Below, one piece after another: positions 1-7,350 of a stretch of DNA of 64,000 bases. Positions within the stretch are counted from its first letter, which is position 1. The number at the start of each line of letters is the position of its first letter. Position numbers and translations under genes: made by a program. A model generated the notes under the pieces. It did no database searches. It was not told the DNA's origin and saw only the letters and a list, made by a program, of their open reading frames with translations. The stretch spans positions 22,109 through 86,108 of the forward strand of contig JAEWSD010000210.1 in NCBI GenBank assembly GCA_023398615.1, in the 5' to 3' direction. This stretch comes from Bacillota bacterium. Lineage in GTDB: Bacteria; Bacillota; Clostridia; Lachnospirales; Lachnospiraceae.

Positions 1-1
1 T

Positions 2-403
2 GACAGCTGGGTTGCTTACTCTAAAAAGATTAATAGTCTGGCATTAAACGAATGGGCGGCCTGTAAGGTATATGTTGCCTCCGTCGGCTATGTTGACCGA
101 AACAGGATTATTGATTATTTTGGAAAAGATTCCAGGGCAAATGTAACGAAAATCAACGGTAAAAACGGTCTTAACGGGATCCGGGAGTTTAACAGCAATC
201 TGAAAGCCTGTTTGGATAAGAAGATAACCTGGATCGATACCTATGAGGTAATTGGCATAAAGAACAGTGACACCGTCTATATACCTGATAATATCTGGGC
301 AACCAGAAGAGACGGCAGGAAGGACGGGCTGCATTACGGTGAAGCCAAAACCCAGGAAATCTATAATTACTTCCTTAAATATACGGTATTTTCAGATAAT
401 TAG
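2..403 (+). CDS. 3' end of a gene truncated by the window edge; SGNH/GDSL-hydrolase-like C-terminus
   Basis: Frame 2 is open from nt 2 to the TAG at 401-403, so the listed 212..403 ORF is only its tail. The C-terminal D-G-L-H (DxxH) resembles SGNH block V. The translation looks more protein-like than the overlapping minus-strand ORF 44..334. Confidence 0.45.
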   Translation, partial: DSWVAYSKKINSLALNEWAACKVYVASVGYVDRNRIIDYFGKDSRANVTKINGKNGLNGIREFNSNLKACLDKKITWIDTYEVIGIKNSDTVYIPDNIWATRRDGRKDGLHYGEAKTQEIYNYFLKYTVFSDN

Positions 404-421
404 GTGATACATCATTTATTC

Positions 422-450
422 TTGACTTGTTGTTTTATTTCAACTATAAT
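422..450 (+). promoter_or_regulatory. Sigma-A-type promoter upstream of yicC
   Basis: TTGACT (422-427), exactly 17 nt, then TATAAT (445-450). It lies in the gap between the upstream stop and yicC. Confidence 0.5.
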
Positions 451-544
451 TAATTGAAATGTCCGAGAATGGATTCCTATAGATATCAGGAGAAAATGCG
501 GGTATTTATCAGAATTATAGAACGAAATGGAAGAACGTGTGAAT

Positions 545-1423
545 ATGTTAAAAAGTATGACTGGCTTTGGCAGATGTGAAGAACTGGGCGAGGAACGTAG
601 GATTATAGTGGAGATGAAAGCGGTGAATCACAGATACTGTGACCTTTCCGTCAAAATACCGAAGAAGCTGAGCTTTTTTGAAGCCGGTATCAGAAATGTC
701 TTAAAGCAGTATATCAGCCGCGGTAAGGTGGATGTATTTATTACCTATGAGGATTATACGGAAAATAATGTGTGTGTAAAATATAATGAGGATATTGCCG
801 GGGAGTATCTTACGTATCTTCGGAAAATGAGTGAAACTTTCCAAATCGAAAATGATATTCGTGTTTCCGCGTTGTCGAGATTTCCGGATGTATTTACTCT
901 TGAGGAACAGACCATTGATGAAGCCAAGCTGTGGGAGCTGATTGAGAAAGCGGTCAGGTCGGCATCCGAGCAGTTTGTACAGGCAAGGATAGCGGAAGGC
1001 GAGAATCTGAAAAAGGATATCATAGCAAAGTTGGATGGTATGAAGGAGCTGGTAAGCTATATCGATGTAAGGTCGCCGCAGATTGTTGCGGAATACAGAC
1101 AAAAGCTTACCGCCAAGGTGAATGAGCTTTTAGGTGATACCAAAATAGATGAAAGCGTGCTGGCCACGGAACTGATTCTGTATGCGGATAAAATATGCGT
1201 TGATGAGGAAACCGTACGCTTAAAGAGCCATATTCAGAATATGATATCTGCTTTGAACGCAGGGGAAGAAGTCGGCCGTAAGCTGGACTTTATCGCTCAG
1301 GAGATGAACCGCGAGGCAAATACCATACTGTCGAAGGCTAACGATCTGGATGTTTCCAATAAAGCGATAGATTTGAAAACTGAGATTGAAAAGGTAAGAG
1401 AGCAGATTCAAAATATTGAATAG
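545..1423 (+). CDS. yicC: YicC-family stress-induced protein (YloC-like)
   Basis: The N-terminus MLKSMTGFGR is the typical YicC start, and the C-terminal region (LDFIAQEMNREANTILSKA) is YicC-like. The gene occupies the conserved position before remA. I prefer the start at 545 to the ORF-track ATG at 527. Confidence 0.88.
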   Translation: MLKSMTGFGRCEELGEERRIIVEMKAVNHRYCDLSVKIPKKLSFFEAGIRNVLKQYISRGKVDVFITYEDYTENNVCVKYNEDIAGEYLTYLRKMSETFQIENDIRVSALSRFPDVFTLEEQTIDEAKLWELIEKAVRSASEQFVQARIAEGENLKKDIIAKLDGMKELVSYIDVRSPQIVAEYRQKLTAKVNELLGDTKIDESVLATELILYADKICVDEETVRLKSHIQNMISALNAGEEVGRKLDFIAQEMNREANTILSKANDLDVSNKAIDLKTEIEKVREQIQNIE

Positions 1424-1454
1424 GAAAAGTAATCGTTATCTTTGAAATGGGGTT

Positions 1455-1739
1455 GTGAGAGTGAACAGGTTGGTGAATATCGGATTTGGCAATATCGTTA
1501 ATTCCGATAAGATTGTAGGAATAATCAGTCCGGAGGCTGCTCCGATAAAGCGGATGGTGCAGAATGCGAAGGATATGGGAACTGCCGTAGATGCGACCTG
1601 CGGAAGAAAGACGAAAGCGGTCATCGTAACGGACGGCGGTCATCTGGTTTTGTCCGCATTACTGCCCGAAACCATAGCAAACAGGGTGAATTCGAAGGAC
1701 GTAGCAGGTATAGGCACAGCTTTGGATATGAAAGAATAA
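1455..1739 (+). CDS. remA: RemA/YlzA (DUF370) extracellular matrix regulator
   Basis: [64 protein letters not shown] closely parallels B. subtilis RemA. The exact GTG start (1455 or 1461) is uncertain. Confidence 0.85.
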   Translation: MRVNRLVNIGFGNIVNSDKIVGIISPEAAPIKRMVQNAKDMGTAVDATCGRKTKAVIVTDGGHLVLSALLPETIANRVNSKDVAGIGTALDMKE

Positions 1740-1793
1740 AAATTTATATATGTGGGTTTGTGGAGCAACTGCTTCCAGGAAAGGAGTCTTATT

Positions 1794-2039
1794 ATGTTAC
1801 ATCCATCCTATACGGATTTAATGAAAGTTGTAAACAGTGATGTAGAACCGGGAGAACAGCCCGTTGTTAACAGCAGGTATTCTATTGTTCTGGCAACTGC
1901 GAAAAGAGCAAGACAGCTGATCAATCATGCTGAACCGCTTGTTAACAGTACCTCCGGAAAACCGCTTTCCGTAGCGGTAGAAGAACTGTACGAATCCAGA
2001 ATAAAAATATTAAATGAGGATGAGGCAAAAGAGCAGTAA
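1794..2039 (+). CDS. rpoZ: DNA-directed RNA polymerase subunit omega
   Basis: MLHPSYTDLM...SRYSIVLATAKRARQL is the RpoZ signature. An AAAGGAG RBS sits 7 nt upstream of the ATG at 1794. Confidence 0.9.
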   Translation: MLHPSYTDLMKVVNSDVEPGEQPVVNSRYSIVLATAKRARQLINHAEPLVNSTSGKPLSVAVEELYESRIKILNEDEAKEQ

Positions 2040-2177
2040 GGCTTAGAAGAAAACACTTTGCTCTTTGGCTCGGACAGCACTTTTGTATAGTATCTTTTTG
2101 AAAAAGGTTTTGGATGAAAAGATATTGTGTGAAAGTGCTTTATTACTGTGTGTGGAACACGCGAACAGGAGACAGAT

Positions 2178-2804
2178 ATGGAAGAGAAAGGCAGCGGCGG
2201 CAAGGCCGGTTTTCTGGAACCGGGGGAAGAAACCAAGGAAGGGAACATAAATCAAAAAGGAAATGAAATTAATTATATGAAAGAAATTGTGCATATGATT
2301 GTTTATTTCATTCTTGTGATCTGTGCCGTTCTTTTCATACATCATTTTGTCGGCCAGCAGATAGAAGTCAGCGGCAGTTCCATGGAGAATACATTGCATA
2401 ATAATGACCATTTAATATTAGAAAAGATAACATACCGGTTTCATGAACCAAGCCGGTTTGATATTGTGGTATTTCAGCCTTACATGACGGATAGCGATGT
2501 CTATTACATTAAGAGGGTGATAGGGTTACCCGGTGAAAAGATACAGATTACCGGCAGCGATATCTATGTAAACGGAGTATTGCTGTCGGAGGATTACGGC
2601 AGGGAAGCAATTGCCGACGGCGGTATTGCAAAAGATGGTATCGTTTTAGGTGAGGATGAATATTTTTTATTAGGGGATAATCGGAATAACAGTAAGGACA
2701 GCAGAGATTCCGGTATCGGACCGGTGAAAAGGTCTGCTGTTATAGGGCGCGCCTGGCTGAGGCTGTGGCCGCTGAAAAAATTTGGAGTATTAGAGCATCA
2801 GTAA
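2178..2804 (+). CDS. lepB: Signal peptidase I (S26), paralog 1
   Basis: One TM segment is followed by SGSSMENTL (catalytic Ser box), YIKRVIGLPGE (Lys box) and GDNRNNSKDSR. An AGGAGA RBS precedes the ATG at 2178. Confidence 0.9.
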   Translation: MEEKGSGGKAGFLEPGEETKEGNINQKGNEINYMKEIVHMIVYFILVICAVLFIHHFVGQQIEVSGSSMENTLHNNDHLILEKITYRFHEPSRFDIVVFQPYMTDSDVYYIKRVIGLPGEKIQITGSDIYVNGVLLSEDYGREAIADGGIAKDGIVLGEDEYFLLGDNRNNSKDSRDSGIGPVKRSAVIGRAWLRLWPLKKFGVLEHQ

Positions 2805-2832
2805 ATATAATATTTGATGGGAGAGCGGAAAC

Positions 2833-3480
2833 GTGGATAAAGAATCGGAAGAATTTAAGGAAGAATCGGAAGAAACAGAAATAAGGATACCTGCTGAGAC
2901 AGAGATCATATCGGAGGAGACAGAACCGAAGGACAAACCGGTCCGGAAACGCAAACCGATTTCCATTATACTGGAACTGTTAACCTATGCCGTTATCGTA
3001 TATGCATGTGTATATTTAATTCCGACCTATGTGATGCAAAGGACTATAGTAGACGGCCCTTCCATGCTGGATACCCTGCATGATAATGAAAGCCTGCTGG
3101 TAGATAAATTCTATTATAAAATCGGAGGCTTGAACCGTTTTGATATCATTGTCTTTTACCCGCACGGCAGAGGCGATGAGGAGTACTATGTCAAGAGGAT
3201 AATTGGGTTGCCTGGCGAAACCGTTCAGATAATAGGGAGCGATATCTATATCAACGGCGAGGTTTTGGATGAACATTATGGTAAAGATCCGATTGATGAT
3301 CCGGGCATTGCCGCAGAACCGATCACCCTGGGAGATAATGAATTCTTTGTATTGGGAGATAACAGGGAAATCAGCCTGGACAGCAGATATGAAGATGTCG
3401 GCTTAGTCTCCGGGAAGAATATCGGCGGCCGCGCAATGATTCGTATCTGGCCCCTGAATAAGTTCGGCCTGATTGATTAG
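2833..3480 (+). CDS. lepB: Signal peptidase I (S26), paralog 2
   Basis: DGPSMLDTL, YVKRIIGLPGE and GDNREISLDSR motifs. GTG start. The cytoplasmic N-terminal extension is very acidic. Confidence 0.9.
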   Translation: MDKESEEFKEESEETEIRIPAETEIISEETEPKDKPVRKRKPISIILELLTYAVIVYACVYLIPTYVMQRTIVDGPSMLDTLHDNESLLVDKFYYKIGGLNRFDIIVFYPHGRGDEEYYVKRIIGLPGETVQIIGSDIYINGEVLDEHYGKDPIDDPGIAAEPITLGDNEFFVLGDNREISLDSRYEDVGLVSGKNIGGRAMIRIWPLNKFGLID

Positions 3481-3513
3481 GGCTGTTAGTTGGAAAGGGA
3501 ATGAATAGGTTTT

Positions 3514-4353
3514 TTATATGACAAGATAGTAGGCTAGGATTGCTGACAGAACACTGGTAAAGGTTCCAATCAGGTAGTACTCGCCGAATTCCTGATCCTT
3601 GGATATCATTTCGTAACGCGCTATTGATTTTGCTGTAAGAACAAGCCCGATTGCTGAAAACTGTCCGATATTTATTAAAATGAGAATTAGAATTCGTTCC
3701 AAAAAACCAATGACCGCACCGGCTTTTCTATTATTCGAATTTGTATGGTAAATGACATCGGTTTTCTTTTTGTCTTTATCTATGGAAGACGCAAGAAGAA
3801 CGCAGTTTTCATTGCTTAATATATCTGAATCCATTGGTAAAGGCTTATAGGAGGAAAAAATTTTATTAAAAGTAATGTTCACAGGTTTATACATGAGCAG
3901 AACCAGTAATATCCATTTAATAGTATCAATTGTATCAAAATGAAAGAATTTTAGAAAATCCCGTAAACCGTTAATTGGCTTTAGAGTAGATCCCCAAAAG
4001 AAAATTATTAATAGAATAGTAAGAATATGTAATCCCTGATCGAACAAATAAAGAAAACATTTAATTACCTGTATTGAAGAATGACGTTTCTTTGTTAAAT
4101 AGAGTTTGCAGAAAAAGTATTTCAGTAAATCAATTACAAAATGCAGGATAATTGCGGTGAGACAAGCATAAAAAAATAGAACGGATTTAGCCGAAAGTAA
4201 AAATAAAATAAGGTATGGAATACTATAAAGTATTCCGTGCACAACCAAATGTTTAATATTTTTTTCCTTTGATTTGGCAAGTCTATTATTTTGCAGATAA
4301 TAATCCCCGATGATATGTGCTGTGAAAAATATGATAAAAGATGGACTATTCAT
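3514..4353 (-). CDS. Polytopic membrane protein, DUF3307-like
   Basis: The N-terminus FFTAHIIGDYYLQN is as I recall for the DUF3307 family. There are multiple hydrophobic segments. Its start overlaps the stop of the upstream SatD-like gene by 8 nt. The region is visibly AT-rich. Confidence 0.7.
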   Translation of the reverse strand: MNSPSFIIFFTAHIIGDYYLQNNRLAKSKEKNIKHLVVHGILYSIPYLILFLLSAKSVLFFYACLTAIILHFVIDLLKYFFCKLYLTKKRHSSIQVIKCFLYLFDQGLHILTILLIIFFWGSTLKPINGLRDFLKFFHFDTIDTIKWILLVLLMYKPVNITFNKIFSSYKPLPMDSDILSNENCVLLASSIDKDKKKTDVIYHTNSNNRKAGAVIGFLERILILILINIGQFSAIGLVLTAKSIARYEMISKDQEFGEYYLIGTFTSVLSAILAYYLVI

Positions 4354-5008
4354 TCATTTTTCCCCACTTTTGTTGTAAGATATGTGTTAAAGAAGTTTTT
4401 GCCTGACTATAATCATAATATCCGGCGGCTTTTAGCCGTCTTTGAACGCTTGACTGGGTAATTCCCAGTTCAATTGCCGATTCCTTTTGATTTTTGTGTT
4501 CCAGGATTACCTTCTCAAGAAGTTTTCTTTGTTTGTCGGTCCAGTTTTTTTCTATGAATGAGCATAGCTGCAGGTTACTGTTAATGAGTTCGATTATTTC
4601 TTTGTCCTTCTGAGCATAAAACATAACATTCCCGCTGCCTGATAATTTCCCCTTTTCTGCAGTTTTAATATAGTTAATCATATTTCTTGCAAAATAGAAA
4701 GCCGGTCCGTCGGCTCCAAGAGCCATTTCTTCATTGATATCAGTTTCGATAGTTCCGATGCCAATGCCGAATCTTATCCTTATCGGAAATAGCTTGAACC
4801 GTATCCGGTCGATAATCTGAAGAATATGACTGCAGGAAGACAGTAGTCCCTGAAACTCATCGCCAAGGGTGATAATGAATTTAGCCGAGATGTCCTCGCA
4901 GTATTCGGAATTTATCCAGTTTAAAACAGCTTTTAATCTATCCTGGGCATCTTTTCGCTCACGGATATCTTTTGAATGAACGATGTCACCTATTATTGCA
5001 GCATACAT
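4346..5008 (-). CDS. SatD-family protein: palm-like N-terminal domain plus C-terminal HTH
   Basis: MYAAIIGDIVHSKD..., ITLGDEFQGLL and RFGIGIGTIE motifs. The C-terminus QKESAIELGITQSSVQRRLKAAG is sigma-70 region 4/LuxR-like. A GGGAGG RBS lies 7 nt upstream on the minus strand. Confidence 0.7.
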   Translation of the reverse strand: MYAAIIGDIVHSKDIRERKDAQDRLKAVLNWINSEYCEDISAKFIITLGDEFQGLLSSCSHILQIIDRIRFKLFPIRIRFGIGIGTIETDINEEMALGADGPAFYFARNMINYIKTAEKGKLSGSGNVMFYAQKDKEIIELINSNLQLCSFIEKNWTDKQRKLLEKVILEHKNQKESAIELGITQSSVQRRLKAAGYYDYSQAKTSLTHILQQKWGKMNE

Positions 5009-5203
5009 AAATTGTGCCTCCCGTAAATATTCCTGTATTTGTATATCATACCATGTTAAATTTCCAATTTCAAGAATTTTAGTGCAGATATAATTGCATA
5101 TTTATTATATTCGCATTATTGACTGCATATTATCGAGATATGTACTTCTTATTACATATTCCATTGGCAATAGAGAAAGAATCAAAAGGATCGACGAATT
5201 GGG

Positions 5204-5232
5204 TTTACCTGAAATCCCGAATGTGATATAAT
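5204..5232 (+). promoter_or_regulatory. Candidate extended -10 promoter for the NUDIX gene
   Basis: TTTACC (5204-5209), 17 nt, TATAAT (5227-5232), with TG at 5224-5225 (TGnTATAAT). Confidence 0.35.
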
Positions 5233-5322
5233 TATCAGGATTTGACAGGTGGTTGACTGTGAGAAAAACAATTATAAAAGGATATACGGTAGCAGAAATG
5301 TTTCAGAAAGCGAGGATCAAAT

Positions 5323-5802
5323 ATGCCGAAGGTTAAATTTTATGACAGAGTTGACGATAAATTGCTTCGATTTGCGGTTATTGCTGCCAGGCATAACAAT
5401 CAATGGGTATTCTGCAAACAAAAAATGCGATCAACCTATGAGATTCCGGGAGGCCGCAGGGAACCGGGGGAAGATATTCTGGATACTGCAAGAAGAGAAC
5501 TGTATGAAGAAACCGGAGCGGCAGAATATGATATCAGGCCGGTATGTGTATATTCGGTTGCCGGTATGGACGGTTCCACCGGAGAGGAAGAAACCTACGG
5601 AATGCTTTATTATGCGGATATTGCCGTTTTTGGTGAGCTTCCGGATTTTGAGATGGAAAAGGTTATTCTTTTTGACAGGATACCGGCTGAGCTTACCTAC
5701 CCGTTTATTCAGCCCGAATTGATGAAAAAGGTCGAATTGACAAGCGGCTATGGGTGTAATATAATGGACGAAGTAAGCATGTATAATTCCCATCCGGAGT
5801 AA
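5323..5802 (+). CDS. NUDIX hydrolase
   Basis: Complete NUDIX box GRREPGEDILDTARRELYEETGA (Gx5Ex7REUxEExGU). Confidence 0.85.
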   Translation: MPKVKFYDRVDDKLLRFAVIAARHNNQWVFCKQKMRSTYEIPGGRREPGEDILDTARRELYEETGAAEYDIRPVCVYSVAGMDGSTGEEETYGMLYYADIAVFGELPDFEMEKVILFDRIPAELTYPFIQPELMKKVELTSGYGCNIMDEVSMYNSHPE

Positions 5803-5820
5803 ATTTTGGATGGGATTTTG
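5789..5820 (+). terminator. Possible intrinsic terminator overlapping the NUDIX stop codon
   Basis: CCCATCC (5789-5795) pairs with GGATGGG (5808-5814), followed by ATTTTG. The stem is short and the U-tract weak. Confidence 0.35.
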
Positions 5821-5868
5821 TAATATAATATAAGGATATGAATGATACGGTAAAGTGGAGGATTTCCT

Positions 5869-7350
5869 ATGAAGCTAAGTTATTTGCTGGAGAAAGTGGA
5901 GTACACCTGTCTACAGGGAGATGACAATACGGATATTGCAGACCTGGTTTATGATTCAAGAAAGGTAAAGGAAGGTTCCGTATTCGTCTGTATCTCGGGT
6001 GCGGTAAGGGACGGCCATGATTATGCCGGAGAAGTTGCGGAAAAAGGTGCGGCCGCAATTATAACAGAGAAGGAGATTGAACTTCCCAAGGGTGTCGCGG
6101 TCATACGCGTAGCCGATACCAGGATGGCGCTTGCCTGCATGTCTGCGGCATATTTCGGATATCCTGCCGCAAAATTAAAGACGATCGGCATTACCGGTAC
6201 AAAGGGTAAGACGACAACAACCTATATGGTACGGTCCATTCTTGAGGCAGCGGGTATTAAAACCGGCCTGATCGGTACGATTGAAGCCATCATAGGTGAC
6301 AGGATCATACCGGCCAGCAATACCACACCGGAGTCCTATATATTGCAGGAATATTTCAGTGAGATGGTTGCCGCAGGCTGCCGCTGTGCAGTGATGGAGG
6401 TGTCCTCGCAGGGCCTGATGCTGCAGCGGGTAGGCGGATTTACCTTTGATTACGGAATATTTACGAATATCGAACCGGATCATATCGGTCCGAATGAACA
6501 TAAGGACTTTGATGAGTATATTGCCTGTAAGGGTCTGTTATTTAAGAACTGCAGAATAGGTATTGCAAATATTGATGACTCCCATGTGGACCGGGTGCTG
6601 GAGGGGCATACCTGTGAACTGGAGACCTTCGGGTTGTCGGAGAATGCCGACCTGCGTGCGGTAAAGGTAGACCTGCACAGTAAGAAGGGCAGGCTGGGGG
6701 TTAAATATAAGCTGGAAGGTCTAATGGACATGGATGTGGTAATTAATATGCCCGGAAGCTTCAGTGTATATAATTCACTGACGGCAATTGCGATCTGCAG
6801 GCATTTTAATGTTCCGCAGGATCTGATTAAAAAGGCTCTTTTGGAGGTTAAGGTAACGGGCAGGGTGGAAGCGGTCAATATCTCTGAGCGGTTTACTCTG
6901 ATGATTGATTATGCGCATAATGCAATGAGTCTTGAGAGCCTGCTGACTACGATAAAAAGCTATCATCCCAAGAGGCTGGTATGCCTGTTCGGCTGCGGAG
7001 GCAACCGCTCCAAGCTGAGAAGATATGAGATGGGAGAGATATCCTCCAAAATGTCGGATCTTACCATAGTGACCTCGGATAATCCGCGTTTTGAGGAGCC
7101 CCAGGCAATCATTGACGATATCATAACGGGGGTAAAGCGCGGGAACGGTGATTATATAACGATCATTGACCGCAAGGAGGCAATCCGTTACTCCATAGAG
7201 CATGCTAAAGAAGGGGATGTTATCATCCTGGCAGGAAAAGGCCACGAGGATTATCAGGAAATCCGGGGTGTTAAATATAAAATGGATGAACGGGATCTGA
7301 TATCCGACGTACTAGCGGAAATGAAAGCGGAAGGAATTGAAGTGATCTGA
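5869..7350 (+). CDS. murE: UDP-MurNAc-L-Ala-D-Glu:meso-diaminopimelate ligase
   Basis: Mur ligase P-loop GITGTKGKTTT. The DNPR motif (TSDNPRFE) is typical of mDAP-adding MurE. Length is 493 aa. Confidence 0.95.
   Translation: MKLSYLLEKVEYTCLQGDDNTDIADLVYDSRKVKEGSVFVCISGAVRDGHDYAGEVAEKGAAAIITEKEIELPKGVAVIRVADTRMALACMSAAYFGYPAAKLKTIGITGTKGKTTTTYMVRSILEAAGIKTGLIGTIEAIIGDRIIPASNTTPESYILQEYFSEMVAAGCRCAVMEVSSQGLMLQRVGGFTFDYGIFTNIEPDHIGPNEHKDFDEYIACKGLLFKNCRIGIANIDDSHVDRVLEGHTCELETFGLSENADLRAVKVDLHSKKGRLGVKYKLEGLMDMDVVINMPGSFSVYNSLTAIAICRHFNVPQDLIKKALLEVKVTGRVEAVNISERFTLMIDYAHNAMSLESLLTTIKSYHPKRLVCLFGCGGNRSKLRRYEMGEISSKMSDLTIVTSDNPRFEEPQAIIDDIITGVKRGNGDYITIIDRKEAIRYSIEHAKEGDVIILAGKGHEDYQEIRGVKYKMDERDLISDVLAEMKAEGIEVI

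Noticed and set aside
44-334. 96-aa minus-strand ORF at the window start
   Set aside because: It lies entirely antisense to a plus-strand frame that is open from nt 2 to 403 and has a more protein-like translation with a DxxH motif. The minus-strand translation is Pro/Gly/Ile-rich with no recognisable motif.
5249-5722. 157-aa plus-strand ORF overlapping the NUDIX gene in another frame
   Set aside because: The overlapping frame (5323-5802) carries a perfect NUDIX box and an RBS. The translation of this ORF has no motifs and is rich in Arg, Leu and Cys, as is typical of off-frame reads.
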